The translations under genes and the position numbers were made by a program. Source: Antedon mediterranea (Eukaryota; Animalia; Echinodermata). Taken from it: a DNA stretch of 64,000 bases. A model generated the notes under the pieces. It was given only the letters and a program-made list of their open reading frames with translations, was not told where the DNA came from and made no database searches. Below are positions 41,001 through 56,000 of the stretch, piece by piece; the stretch's first letter is position 1, and each line of letters starts with the position of its first letter. The stretch lies in the NCBI RefSeq assembly GCF_964355755.1, contig NC_092677.1, positions 20,606,101 to 20,670,100 on the forward strand, read 5' to 3'.

Positions 41001-44000
41001 AAGTGCTTAAAATCACATTAGAAACCGTTTTAGACCATTTTGAGCATTTCGTTAAAACTTTTCACACAAAAACATCAAAGTCCACAAAATAGCTTAATAT
41101 CGTATTCAAAAACGTTTTAGACCATTTTGAGCATTTCGAAAAAACTTTTTCACACAAAACATCAAAGTTTACAAAATAGCTTCAAATCGCATTTGGAGAC
41201 GTTTTAGACCATTTTGTGATTTTCGAAAAAACTTGTTAACATAAAAACACCAAAGTGCTCAGAATACCTTCAAATCGCATTTTGAGACGTTTTAGACCAT
41301 TTTGTGATTTTCGAAAAAACAACATAAAAACACCAAAGTGCTCAGAATACCTTCAAATCGCATTTGGAGACGTTTTAGACCATTTTGTGATTTTGGAAAA
41401 AACTTGTTAACATAAAAACACCAAAGTGCTTAGAAAAGCTTCAAATCGCATTTGGAGACGTTTTAGACCATTTTGTGCATTTCGATGAAACTTTGTTACA
41501 CAAAAACATCAAAGTGTACAGAATAGCTTCAAATCGCATTAGAAACCGTTTTAGACCATTTTGAGCATTTCGAAAAAACTTTTTCACACAAAACATCAAA
41601 GTGTACAAAATAGCTTCAAATCGCATTTGGAGACGTTTTAGACAATTTTGTGATTTTCGAAAAAACTTGTTTACATAAAAACAACAAAGTGCTAAGAATA
41701 GCTTCCAATCGCATTTGGAGACGTTTTAGACCCTTTTGTGCATTTCGATGAAACTTGGTTACACAAAAACATCAAAGTGCTTAAAATCACATTAGAAACC
41801 GTTTTAGACCATTTTGAGCATTTCGTTAAAATTTTTCACAGAAAAACATCAAAGAGCAAAAAATAGCTTAATATCGTATTTAAAAACGTTTTAGACCATT
41901 TTGAGCATTTCGACAAAACTTTTTCTCACAAAACATCAAAGTGTACAGAATAGCTTCAAATCGCATTTGGAGACGTTTTAGACCATTTTGTGCATTTCGA
42001 TGAAACTTGGTTACACAAAAACATCAAAGTGCTTAAAATCACATTTTGAGCATTTCGTTAAAACTTTTCACACAAAAACATCAAAGAGTAAAAAATAGCT
42101 TAATATCGTATTTAAAAACGTTTTAGACCATTTTGAGCATTTCGACAAAATTTTTTCACACAAAACATCAAAGTGTACAGAATAGCTTTAAATCGCATTT
42201 GGAGACGTTTTAGACCATTTTGTTAATTTCGATGAAACAAAAACACAAAAACATCAAATTGCACAAAATGGCTTAATATGATATGGGAAAACGTTTTAGA
42301 CCATTTTGAACATTTCGTTAAAAGTTTTCACACAAAAACATCAAAGTCCACAAAATAGCTTAATATCGTATTTAAAAACGTTTTAGACCATTTTGAGCAT
42401 TTCGAAAAAACTTTTTCACACTAAACATCAAAGTTTACAAAATAGCTTCAAATCGCATTTGGAGACGTTTTAGACCATTTTGTGATTTTCGAAAAAACTT
42501 GTTAACATAAAAACACCAAAGTGCTCAGAATACCTTCAAATCGCATTTTGAGACGTTTTAGACCATTTTGTGATTTTCGAAAAAACTTGTTAACATAAAA
42601 ACACCAAAGTGCTCAGAATACCTTCAAATCGTGTTTTGAGACGTTTTAGACCATTTTGTGATTTTCGAAAAAACTTGTTAACATAAAAACACCAAAGTGC
42701 TCAGAATACCTTCAAATCGCATTTTGAGACGTTTTAGACCATTTTGTGATTTTCGAAAAAACTTGTTAACATAAAAACACCAAAGTGCTCAGAATACCTT
42801 CAAATCGTGTTTTGAGACGTTTTAGACCATTTTGTGATTTTCGAAAAAACTTGTTAACATAAAAACACCAAAGTGCTTAGAAAAGCTTCAAATCGCATTT
42901 GGAGACGTTTTAGACCATTTTGTTCATTTCGATGAAACTTGGTTACACAAAAACATCAAAGAGCACAAAAGATCTTAATATCGTATTTAAAAACGTTTTA
43001 GACCATTTTGAGCATTTCGAAAAAACTTTTTCACACAAAACATCAAAGTGTACAAAATAGCTTCAAATCGCATTTTGAGACGTTTTAGACAATTTTGTGA
43101 TTTTCGAAAAAACTTGTTTACATAAAAACACCAAAGTGCTTAGAAAAGCTTCAAATCGCATTTGGAGACGTTTTAAACCATTTTGTTCATTTCGATGAAA
43201 CTTGGTTACACAAAAACATCAAAGAGCACAAAAGTATTTAAAAACGTTTTAGACCATTTTGAGCATTCCGTCAAAACTTTTTCACACAAAACATCAAAGT
43301 GTACAGAATAGCTTTAAATCGCATTTGGAGACGTTTTAGACCATTTTGTAGTTTTCGAAAAAACTTGTTAACATAAAAACACAAAAGAGCTTCAAATCGC
43401 ATTTGGAGACGTTTTAGACTTTTTTGTGCATTTCGATGAAACTTGGTTACACAAAAACATCAAAGTGCTTAAAATCACATTTTGAGCATTTCGTTAAAAC
43501 TTTTCACACAAAAACATCAAAGTCCACAAAATAGCTTAATATCGTATTTAAAAACGTTTTAGACCATTTTGAGCATTTCGAAAAAACTTTTCCACACAAA
43601 ACATCAAAGTTTACAAAATAGCTTCAAATCGCATTTGGAGACGTTTTAGACCATTTTGTGATTTTCGAAAAAACTTGATAACATAAAAACACCAAAGTGC
43701 TCAGAATACCTTCAAATCGTGTTTTGAGACGTTTTAGACCATTTTGTAATTTTCGAAAAAACTTGTTAACATAAAAACACCAAAGTGCTCAGAATACCTT
43801 CACATCGCATTTTGAGACGTTTTAGACCATTTTGTGATTTTCGAAAAAACTTGTTAACATAAAAACACCAAAGTGCTTAGAAAAGCTTGAAATCGCATTT
43901 GGAGACGTTTTAGACCATTTTGTTCATTTCGATGAAACAAAAACACAAAAACATCAAATTGCACAAAATGGCTTAATATGATATGGGAAAACGTTTTAGA

Positions 44001-47000
44001 CCATTTTGAACATTTCGTTAAAAGTTTTCACACAAAAACATCAAAGTCCACAAAATAGCTTAATATCGTATTTAAAAACGTTTTAGACCATTTTGAGCAT
44101 TTCGAAAAAACTTTTTCACACAAAACATCAAAGTTTACAAAATAGCTTCAAATCGCATTTGGAGACGTTATAGACCATTTTGTGATTTTCGAAAAAACTT
44201 GTTAACATAAAAACACCAAAGTGCTCAGAATACCTTCAAATCGCATTTTGAGACGTTTTAGACCATTTTGTGATTTTCGAAAAAACTTGTTAACATAAAA
44301 ACACCAAAGTGCTCAGAATCGTGTTTTGAGACGTTTTAGACCATTTTGTGATTTTCGAAAAAACTTGTTAACATTAAAACACCAAAGTGCTCAGAATACC
44401 TTCAAATCGCATTTTGAGACGTTTTAGACCATTTTGTGATTTTCGAAAAAACTTGTTAACATAAAAACACCAAAGTGCTCAGAATACCTTCAAATCGTGT
44501 TTTGAGACGTTTTAGACCATTTTGTGATTTTCGAAAAAACTTGTTAACATAAAAACACCAAAGTGCTCAGAATACCTTCAAATCGCATTTTGAGACGTTT
44601 TAGACCATTTTGTGATTTTCGAAAAAACTTGTTAACATAAAAACACCAAAGTGCTCAGAATACCTTCAAATCGTGTTTTGAGACGTTTTAGACCATTTTG
44701 TGATTTTCGAAAAAACTTGTTAACATAAAAACACCAAAGTGCTTAGAAAAGCTTCAAATCGCATTTGGAGACGTTTTAGACCATTTTGTTCATTTCGATG
44801 AAACTTGGTTACACAAAAACATCAAAGAGCACAAAAGATCTTAATATCGTATTTAAAAACGTTTTAGACCATTTTGAGCATTTCGAAAAAACTTTTTCAC
44901 ACAAAACATCAAAGTGTACAAAATAGCTTCAAATCGCATTTTGAGACGTTTTAGACCATTTTGTGATTTTCGAAAAAACTTGTTAACATAAAAACACCAA
45001 AGTGCTCAGAATACCTTCAAATCGCATTTGGAGACGTTTTAGACCATTTTGTGATTTTCGAAAAAACTTGTTAACATAAAAACACCAAAGTGCTCAGAAA
45101 AGCTTCAAATCGCATTTGGAGACGTTTTAAACCATTTTGTTCATTTCGATGAAACTTGGTTACACAAAAACATCAAAGAGCACAAAAGTATTTAAAAACG
45201 TTTTAGACCATTTTGAGCATTCCGACAAAACTTTTTCACACAAAACATCAAAGTGTACAGAATAGCTTTAAATCGCATTTGGAGACGTTTTAGACCATTT
45301 TGTAGTTTTCGAAAAAACTTGTTAACATAAAAACACAAAAGAGCTTCAAATCGCATTTGGAGACGTTTTAGACCCTTTTGTGCATTTCGATGAAACTTGG
45401 TTACACAAAAACATCAAAGTGCTTAAAATCACATTAGAAACCGTTTTAGACCATTTTGAGCATTTCGTTAAAACTTTTCACACAAAAACATCAAAGTCCC
45501 CAAAATAGCTTAATATCGTATTCAAAAACGTTTTAGACCATTTTGAGCATTTCGAAAAAACTTTTTCACACAAAACATCAAAGTTTACAAAATAGCTTCA
45601 AATCGCATTTGGAGACGTTTTAGACCATTTTGTGATTTTCGAAAAAACTTGTTAACATAAAAACACCAAAGTGCTCAGAATACCTTCAAATCGCATTTTG
45701 AGACGTTTTAGACCATTTTGTGATTTTCGAAAAAACAACATAAAAACACCAAAGTGCTCAGAATACCTTCAAATCGCATTTGGAGACGTTTTAGACCATT
45801 TTGTGATTTTGGAAAAAACTTGTTAACATAAAAACACCAAAGTGCTCAGAATACCTTCAAATCGTATTTTGAGACGTTTTAGACAATTTTGTGATTTTCG
45901 AAAAAACTTGTTAACATAAAAACACCAAAGTGCTTAGAAAAGCTTCAAATCGCATTTGGAGACGTTTTAGACCATTTTGTGCATTTCGATGAAACTTGGT
46001 TACACAAAAACATCAAAGTGTACAGAATAGCTTCAAATCGCATTAGAAACCGTTTTAGACCATTTTGAGCATTTCGAAAAAACTTTTTCACACAAAACAT
46101 CAAAGTGTACAAAATAGCTTCAAATCGCATTTGGAGACGTTTTAGACAATTTTGTGATTTTCGAAAAAACTTGTTTACATAAAAACACCAAAGTGCTAAG
46201 AATAGCTTCCAATCGCATTTGGAGACGTTTTAGACCCTTTTGTGCATTTCGATGAAACTTGGTTACACAAAAACATCAAAGTGCTTAAAATCACATTAGA
46301 AACCGTTTTAGACCATTTTGAGCATTTCGTTAAAATTTTTCACAGAAAAACATCAAAGAGCAAAAAATAGCTTAATATCGTATTTAAAAACGTTTTAGAC
46401 CATTTTGAGCATTTCGACAAAACTTTTTCTCACAAAACATCAAAGTGTACAGAATAGCTTCAAATCGCATTTGGAGACGTTTTAGACCATTTTGTGCATT
46501 TCGATGAAACTTGGTTACACAAAAACATCAAAGTGCTTAAAATCACATTTTGAGCATTTCGTTAAAACTTTTCACACAAAAACATCAAAGAGTAAAAAAT
46601 AGCTTAATATCGTATTTAAAAACGTTTTAGACCATTTTGAGCATTTCGACAAAATTTTTTCACACAAAACATCAAAGTGTACAGAATAGCTTTAAATCGC
46701 ATTTGGAGACGTTTTAGACCATTTTGTTAATTTCGATGAAACAAAAACACAAAAACATCAAATTGCACAAAATGGCTTAATATGATATGGGAAAACGTTT
46801 TAGACCATTTTGAACATTTCGTTAAAAGTTTTCACACAAAAACATCAAAGTCCACAAAATAGCTTAATATCGTATTTAAAAACGTTTTAGACCATTTTGA
46901 GCATTTCGAAAAAACTTTTTCACACTAAACATCAAAGTTTACAAAATAGCTTCAAATCGCATTTGGAGACGTTTTAGACCATTTTGTGATTTTCGAAAAA

Positions 47001-50000
47001 ACTTGTTAACATAAAAACACCAAAGTGCTCAGAATACCTTCAAATCGCATTTTGAGACGTTTTAGACCATTTTGTGATTTTCGAAAAAACTTGTTAACAT
47101 AAAAACACCAAAGTGCTCAGAATACCTTCAAATCGTGTTTTGAGACGTTTTAGACCATTTTGTGATTTTCGAAAAAACTTGTTAACATAAAAACACCAAA
47201 GTGCTCAGAATACCTTCAAATCGCATTTTGAGACGTTTTAGACCATTTTGTGATTTTCGAAAAAACTTGTTAACATAAAAACACCAAAGTGCTCAGAATA
47301 CCTTCAAATCGTGTTTTGAGACGTTTTAGACCATTTTGTGATTTTCGAAAAAACTTGTTAACATAAAAACACCAAAGTGCTTAGAAAAGCTTCAAATCGC
47401 ATTTGGAGACGTTTTAGACCATTTTGTTCATTTCGATGAAACTTGGTTACACAAAAACATCAAAGAGCACAAAAGATCTTAATATCGTATTTAAAAACGT
47501 TTTAGACCATTTTGAGCATTTCGAAAAAACTTTTTCACACAAAACATCAAAGTGTACAAAATAGCTTCAAATCGCATTTTGAGACGTTTTAGACAATTTT
47601 GTGATTTTCGAAAAAACTTGTTTACATAAAAACACCAAAGTGCTTAGAAAAGCTTCAAATCGCATTTGGAGACGTTTTCAACCATTTTGTTCATTTCGAT
47701 GAAACTTGGTTACACAAAAACATCAAAGAGCACAAAAGTATTTAAAAACGTTTTAGACCATTTTGAGCATTCCGTCAAAACTTTTTCACACAAAACATCA
47801 AAGTGTACAGAATAGCTTTAAATCGCATTTGGAGACGTTTTAGACCATTTTGTAGTTTTCGAAAAAACTTGTTAACATAAAAACACAAAAGAGCTTCAAA
47901 TCGCATTTGGAGACGTTTTAGACCCTTTTGTGCATTTCGATGAAACTTGGTTACACAAAAACATCAAAGTGCTTAAAATCACATTTTGAGCATTTCGTTA
48001 AAACTTTTCACACAAAAACATCAAAGAGTAAAAAATAGCTTAATATCGTATTTAAAAACGTTTTAGACCATTTTGAGCATTTCGACAAAATTTTTTCACA
48101 CAAAACATCAAAGTGTACAGAATAGCTTTAAATCGCATTTGGAGACGTTTTAGACCATTTTGTTAATTTCGATGAAACAAAAACACAAAAACATCAAATT
48201 GCACAAAATGGCTTAATATGATATGGGAAAACGTTTTAGACCATTTTGAACATTTCGTTAAAAGTTTTCACACAAAAACATCAAAGTCCACAAAATAGCT
48301 TAATATCGTATTTAAAAACGTTTTAGACCATTTTGAGCATTTCAAAAAAACTTTTTCACACAAAACATCAAAGTTTACAAAATAGCTTCAAATCGCATTT
48401 GGAGACGTTTTAGACCATTTTGTGATTTTCGAAAAAACTTGTTAACATAAAAACACCAAAGTGCTCAGAAAAGCTTCAAATCGCATTTGGAGACGTTTTA
48501 AACCATTTTGTTCATTTCGATGAAACTTGGTTACACAAAAACATCAAAGAGCACAAAAGTATTTAAAAACGTTTTAGACCATTTTGAGCATTCCGACAAA
48601 ACTTTTTCACACAAAACATCAAAGTGTACAGAATAGCTTTAAATCGCATTTGGAGACGTTTTAGACCATTTTGTAGTTTTCGAAAAAACTTGTTAACATA
48701 AAAACACAAAAGAGCTTCAAATCGCATTTGGAGACGTTTTAGACCCTTTTGTGCATTTCGATGAAACTTGGTTACACAAAAACATCAAAGTGCTTAAAAT
48801 CACATTAGAAACCGTTTTAGACCATTTTGAGCATTTCGTTAAAACTTTTCACACAAAAACATCAAAGTCCACAAAATAGCTTAATATCGTATTCAAAAAC
48901 GTTTTAGACCATTTTGAGCATTTCGAAAAAACTTTTTCACACAAAACATCAAAGTTTACAAAATAGCTTCAAATCGCATTTGGAGACGTTTTAGACCATT
49001 TTGTGATTTTCGAAAAAACTTGTTAACATAAAAACACCAAAGTGCTCAGAATACCTTCAAATCGCATTTTGAGACGTTTTAGACCATTTTGTGATTTTCG
49101 AAAAAACAACATAAAAACACCAAAGTGCTCAGAATACCTTCAAATCGCATTTGGAGACGTTTTAGACCATTTTGTGATTTTGGAAAAAACTTGTTAACAT
49201 AAAAACACCAAAGTGCTTAGAAAAGCTTCAAATCGCATTTGGAGACGTTTTAGACCATTTTGTGCATTTCGATGAAACTTTGTTACACAAAAACATCAAA
49301 GTGTACAGAATAGCTTCAAATCGCATTAGAAACCGTTTTAGACCATTTTGAGCATTTCGAAAAAACTTTTTCACACAAAACATCAAAGTGTACAAAATAG
49401 CTTCAAATCGCATTTGGAGACGTTTTAGACAATTTTGTGATTTTCGAAAAAACTTGTTTACATAAAAACACCAAAGTGCTAAGAATAGCTTCCAATCGCA
49501 TTTGGAGACGTTTTAGACCCTTTTGTGCATTTCGATGAAACTTGGTTACACAAAAACATCAAAGTGCTTAAAATCACATTAGAAACCGTTTTAGACCATT
49601 TTGAGCATTTCGTTAAAATTTTTCACAGAAAAACATCAAAGAGCAAAAAATAGCTTAATATCGTATTTAAAAACGTTTTAGACCATTTTGAGCATTTCGA
49701 CAAAACTTTTTCTCACAAAACATCAAAGTGTACAGAATAGCTTCAAATCGCATTTGGAGACGTTTTAGACCATTTTGTGCATTTCGATGAAACTTGGTTA
49801 CACAAAAACATCAAAGTGCTTAAAATCACATTTTGAGCATTTCGTTAAAACTTTTCACACAAAAACATCAAAGAGTAAAAAATAGCTTAATATCGTATTT
49901 AAAAACGTTTTAGACCATTTTGAGCATTTCGACAAAATTTTTTCACACAAAACATCAAAGTGTACAGAATAGCTTTAAATCGCATTTGGAGACGTTTTAG

Positions 50001-53000
50001 ACCATTTTGTTAATTTCGATGAAACAAAAACACAAAAACATCAAATTGCACAAAATGGCTTAATATGATATGGGAAAACGTTTTAGACCATTTTGAACAT
50101 TTCGTTAAAAGTTTTCACACAAAAACATCAAAGTCCACAAAATAGCTTAATATCGTATTTAAAAACGTTTTAGACCATTTTGAGCATTTCGAAAAAACTT
50201 TTTCACACTAAACATCAAAGTTTACAAAATAGCTTCAAATCGCATTTGGAGACGTTTTAGACCATTTTGTGATTTTCGAAAAAACTTGTTAACATAAAAA
50301 CACCAAAGTGCTCAGAATACCTTCAAATCGCATTTTGAGACGTTTTAGACCATTTTGTGATTTTCGAAAAAACTTGTTAACATAAAAACACCAAAGTGCT
50401 CAGAATACCTTCAAATCGTGTTTTGAGACGTTTTAGACCATTTTGTGATTTTCGAAAAAACTTGTTAACATAAAAACACCAAAGTGCTCAGAATACCTTC
50501 AAATCGCATTTTGAGACGTTTTAGACCATTTTGTGATTTTCGAAAAAACTTGTTAACATAAAAACACCAAAGTGCTCAGAATACCTTCAAATCGTGTTTT
50601 GAGACGTTTTAGACCATTTTGTGATTTTCGAAAAAACTTGTTAACATAAAAACACCAAAGTGCTTAGAAAAGCTTCAAATCGCATTTGGAGACGTTTTAG
50701 ACCATTTTGTTCATTTCGATGAAACTTGGTTACACAAAAACATCAAAGAGCACAAAAGATCTTAATATCGTATTTAAAAACGTTTTAGACCATTTTGAGC
50801 ATTTCGAAAAAACTTTTTCACACAAAACATCAAAGTGTACAAAATAGCTTCAAATCGCATTTTGAGACGTTTTAGACAATTTTGTGATTTTCGAAAAAAC
50901 TTGTTTACATAAAAACACCAAAGTGCTTAGAAAAGCTTCAAATCGCATTTGGAGACGTTTTAAACCATTTTGTTCATTTCGATGAAACTTGGTTACACAA
51001 AAACATCAAAGAGCACAAAAGTATTTAAAAACGTTTTAGACCATTTTGAGCATTCCGTCAAAACTTTTTCACACAAAACATCAAAGTGTACAGAATAGCT
51101 TTAAATCGCATTTGGAGACGTTTTAGACCATTTTGTAGTTTTCGAAAAAACTTGATAACATAAAAACACCAAAGTGCTCAGAATACCTTCAAATCGTGTT
51201 TTGAGACGTTTTAGACCATTTTGTAATTTTCGAAAAAACTTGTTAACATAAAAACACCAAAGTGCTCAGAATACCTTCACATCGCATTTTGAGACGTTTT
51301 AGACCATTTTGTGATTTTCGAAAAAACTTGTTAACATAAAAACACCAAAGTGCTTAGAAAAGCTTGAAATCGCATTTGGAGACGTTTTAGACCATTTTGT
51401 TCATTTCGATGAAACAAAAACACAAAAACATCAAATTGCACAAAATGGCTTAATATGATATGGGAAAACGTTTTAGACCATTTTGAACATTTCGTTAAAA
51501 GTTTTCACACAAAAACATCAAAGTCCACAAAATAGCTTAATATCGTATTTAAAAACGTTTTAGACCATTTTGAGCATTTCGAAAAAACTTTTTCACACAA
51601 AACATCAAAGTTTACAAAATAGCTTCAAATCGCATTTGGAGACGTTATAGACCATTTTGTGATTTTCGAAAAAACTTGTTAACATAAAAACACCAAAGTG
51701 CTCAGAATACCTTCAAATCGCATTTTGAGACGTTTTAGACCATTTTGTGATTTTCGAAAAAACTTGTTAACATAAAAACACCAAAGTGCTCAGAATCGTG
51801 TTTTGAGACGTTTTAGACCATTTTGTGATTTTCGAAAAAACTTGTTAACATTAAAACACCAAAGTGCTCAGAATACCTTCAAATCGCATTTTGAGACGTT
51901 TTAGACCATTTTGTGATTTTCGAAAAAACTTGTTAACATAAAAACACCAAAGTGCTCAGAATACCTTCAAATCGTGTTTTGAGACGTTTTAGACCATTTT
52001 GTGATTTTCGAAAAAACTTGTTAACATAAAAACACCAAAGTGCTCAGAATACCTTCAAATCGCATTTTGAGACGTTTTAGACCATTTTGTGATTTTCGAA
52101 AAAACTTGTTAACATAAAAACACCAAAGTGCTCAGAATACCTTCAAATCGTGTTTTGAGACGTTTTAGACCATTTTGTGATTTTCGAAAAAACTTGTTAA
52201 CATAAAAACACCAAAGTGCTTAGAAAAGCTTCAAATCGCATTTGGAGACGTTTTAGACCATTTTGTTCATTTCGATGAAACTTGGTTACACAAAAACATC
52301 AAAGAGCACAAAAGATCTTAATATCGTATTTAAAAACGTTTTAGACCATTTTGAGCATTTCGAAAAAACTTTTTCACACAAAACATCAAAGTGTACAAAA
52401 TAGCTTCAAATCGCATTTTGAGACGTTTTAGACCATTTTGTGATTTTCGAAAAAACTTGTTAACATAAAAACACCAAAGTGCTCAGAATACCTTCAAATC
52501 GCATTTGGAGACGTTTTAGACCATTTTGTGATTTTCGAAAAAACTTGTTAACATAAAAACACCAAAGTGCTCAGAAAAGCTTCAAATCGCATTTGGAGAC
52601 GTTTTAAACCATTTTGTTCATTTCGATGAAACTTGGTTACACAAAAACATCAAAGAGCACAAAAGTATTTAAAAACGTTTTAGACCATTTTGAGCATTCC
52701 GACAAAACTTTTTCACACAAAACATCAAAGTGTACAGAATAGCTTTAAATCGCATTTGGAGACGTTTTAGACCATTTTGTAGTTTTCGAAAAAACTTGTT
52801 AACATAAAAACACAAAAGAGCTTCAAATCGCATTTGGAGACGTTTTAGACCCTTTTGTGCATTTCGATGAAACTTGGTTACACAAAAACATCAAAGTGCT
52901 TAAAATCACATTAGAAACCGTTTTAGACCATTTTGAGCATTTCGTTAAAACTTTTCACACAAAAACATCAAAGTCCCCAAAATAGCTTAATATCGTATTC

Positions 53001-56000
53001 AAAAACGTTTTAGACCATTTTGAGCATTTCGAAAAAACTTTTTCACACAAAACATCAAAGTTTACAAAATAGCTTCAAATCGCATTTGGAGACGTTTTAG
53101 ACCATTTTGTGATTTTCGAAAAAACTTGTTAACATAAAAACACCAAAGTGCTCAGAATACCTTCAAATCGCATTTTGAGACGTTTTAGACCATTTTGTGA
53201 TTTTCGAAAAAACAACATAAAAACACCAAAGTGCTCAGAATACCTTCAAATCGCATTTGGAGACGTTTTAGACCATTTTGTGATTTTGGAAAAAACTTGT
53301 TAACATAAAAACACCAAAGTGCTCAGAATACCTTCAAATCGTATTTTGAGACGTTTTAGACAATTTTGTGATTTTCGAAAAAACTTGTTAACATAAAAAC
53401 ACCAAAGTGCTTAGAAAAGCTTCAAATCGCATTTGGAGACGTTTTAGACCATTTTGTGCATTTCGATGAAACTTGGTTACACAAAAACATCAAAGTGTAC
53501 AGAATAGCTTCAAATCGCATTAGAAACCGTTTTAGACCATTTTGAGCATTTCGAAAAAACTTTTTCACACAAAACATCAAAGTGTACAAAATAGCTTCAA
53601 ATCGCATTTGGAGACGTTTTAGACAATTTTGTGATTTTCGAAAAAACTTGTTTACATAAAAACACCAAAGTGCTAAGAATAGCTTCCAATCGCATTTGGA
53701 GACGTTTTAGACCCTTTTGTGCATTTCGATGAAACTTGGTTACACAAAAACATCAAAGTGCTTAAAATCACATTAGAAACCGTTTTAGACCATTTTGAGC
53801 ATTTCGTTAAAATTTTTCACAGAAAAACATCAAAGAGCAAAAAATAGCTTAATATCGTATTTAAAAACGTTTTAGACCATTTTGAGCATTTCGACAAAAC
53901 TTTTTCTCACAAAACATCAAAGTGTACAGAATAGCTTCAAATCGCATTTGGAGACGTTTTAGACCATTTTGTGCATTTCGATGAAACTTGGTTACACAAA
54001 AACATCAAAGTGCTTAAAATCACATTTTGAGCATTTCGTTAAAACTTTTCACACAAAAACATCAAAGAGTAAAAAATAGCTTAATATCGTATTTAAAAAC
54101 GTTTTAGACCATTTTGAGCATTTCGACAAAATTTTTTCACACAAAACATCAAAGTGTACAGAATAGCTTTAAATCGCATTTGGAGACGTTTTAGACCATT
54201 TTGTTAATTTCGATGAAACAAAAACACAAAAACATCAAATTGCACAAAATGGCTTAATATGATATGGGAAAACGTTTTAGACCATTTTGAACATTTCGTT
54301 AAAAGTTTTCACACAAAAACATCAAAGTCCACAAAATAGCTTAATATCGTATTTAAAAACGTTTTAGACCATTTTGAGCATTTCGAAAAAACTTTTTCAC
54401 ACTAAACATCAAAGTTTACAAAATAGCTTCAAATCGCATTTGGAGACGTTTTAGACCATTTTGTGATTTTCGAAAAAACTTGTTAACATAAAAACACCAA
54501 AGTGCTCAGAATACCTTCAAATCGCATTTTGAGACGTTTTAGACCATTTTGTGATTTTCGAAAAAACTTGTTAACATAAAAACACCAAAGTGCTCAGAAT
54601 ACCTTCAAATCGTGTTTTGAGACGTTTTAGACCATTTTGTGATTTTCGAAAAAACTTGTTAACATAAAAACACCAAAGTGCTCAGAATACCTTCAAATCG
54701 CATTTTGAGACGTTTTAGACCATTTTGTGATTTTCGAAAAAACTTGTTAACATAAAAACACCAAAGTGCTCAGAATACCTTCAAATCGTGTTTTGAGACG
54801 TTTTAGACCATTTTGTGATTTTCGAAAAAACTTGTTAACATAAAAACACCAAAGTGCTTAGAAAAGCTTCAAATCGCATTTGGAGACGTTTTAGACCATT
54901 TTGTTCATTTCGATGAAACTTGGTTACACAAAAACATCAAAGAGCACAAAAGATCTTAATATCGTATTTAAAAACGTTTTAGACCATTTTGAGCATTTCG
55001 AAAAAACTTTTTCACACAAAACATCAAAGTGTACAAAATAGCTTCAAATCGCATTTTGAGACGTTTTAGACAATTTTGTGATTTTCGAAAAAACTTGTTT
55101 ACATAAAAACACCAAAGTGCTTAGAAAAGCTTCAAATCGCATTTGGAGACGTTTTAAACCATTTTGTTCATTTCGATGAAACTTGGTTACACAAAAACAT
55201 CAAAGAGCACAAAAGTATTTAAAAACGTTTTAGACCATTTTGAGCATTCCGTCAAAACTTTTTCACACAAAACATCAAAGTGTACAGAATAGCTTTAAAT
55301 CGCATTTGGAGACGTTTTAGACCATTTTGTAGTTTTCGAAAAAACTTGTTAACATAAAAACACAAAAGAGCTTCAAATCGCATTTGGAGACGTTTTAGAC
55401 TTTTTTGTGCATTTCGATGAAACTTGGTTACACAAAAACATCAAAGTGCTTAAAATCACATTTTGAGCATTTCGTTAAAACTTTTCACACAAAAACATCA
55501 AAGTCCACAAAATAGCTTAATATCGTATTTAAAAACGTTTTAGACCATTTTGAGCATTTCGAAAAAACTTTTCCACACAAAACATCAAAGTTTACAAAAT
55601 AGCTTCAAATCGCATTTGGAGACGTTTTAGACCATTTTGTGATTTTCGAAAAAACTTGATAACATAAAAACACCAAAGTGCTCAGAATACCTTCAAATCG
55701 TGTTTTGAGACGTTTTAGACCATTTTGTAATTTTCGAAAAAACTTGTTAACATAAAAACACCAAAGTGCTCAGAATACCTTCACATCGCATTTTGAGACG
55801 TTTTAGACCATTTTGTGATTTTCGAAAAAACTTGTTAACATAAAAACACCAAAGTGCTTAGAAAAGCTTGAAATCGCATTTGGAGACGTTTTAGACCATT
55901 TTGTTCATTTCGATGAAACAAAAACACAAAAACATCAAATTGCACAAAATGGCTTAATATGATATGGGAAAACGTTTTAGACCATTTTGAACATTTCGTT

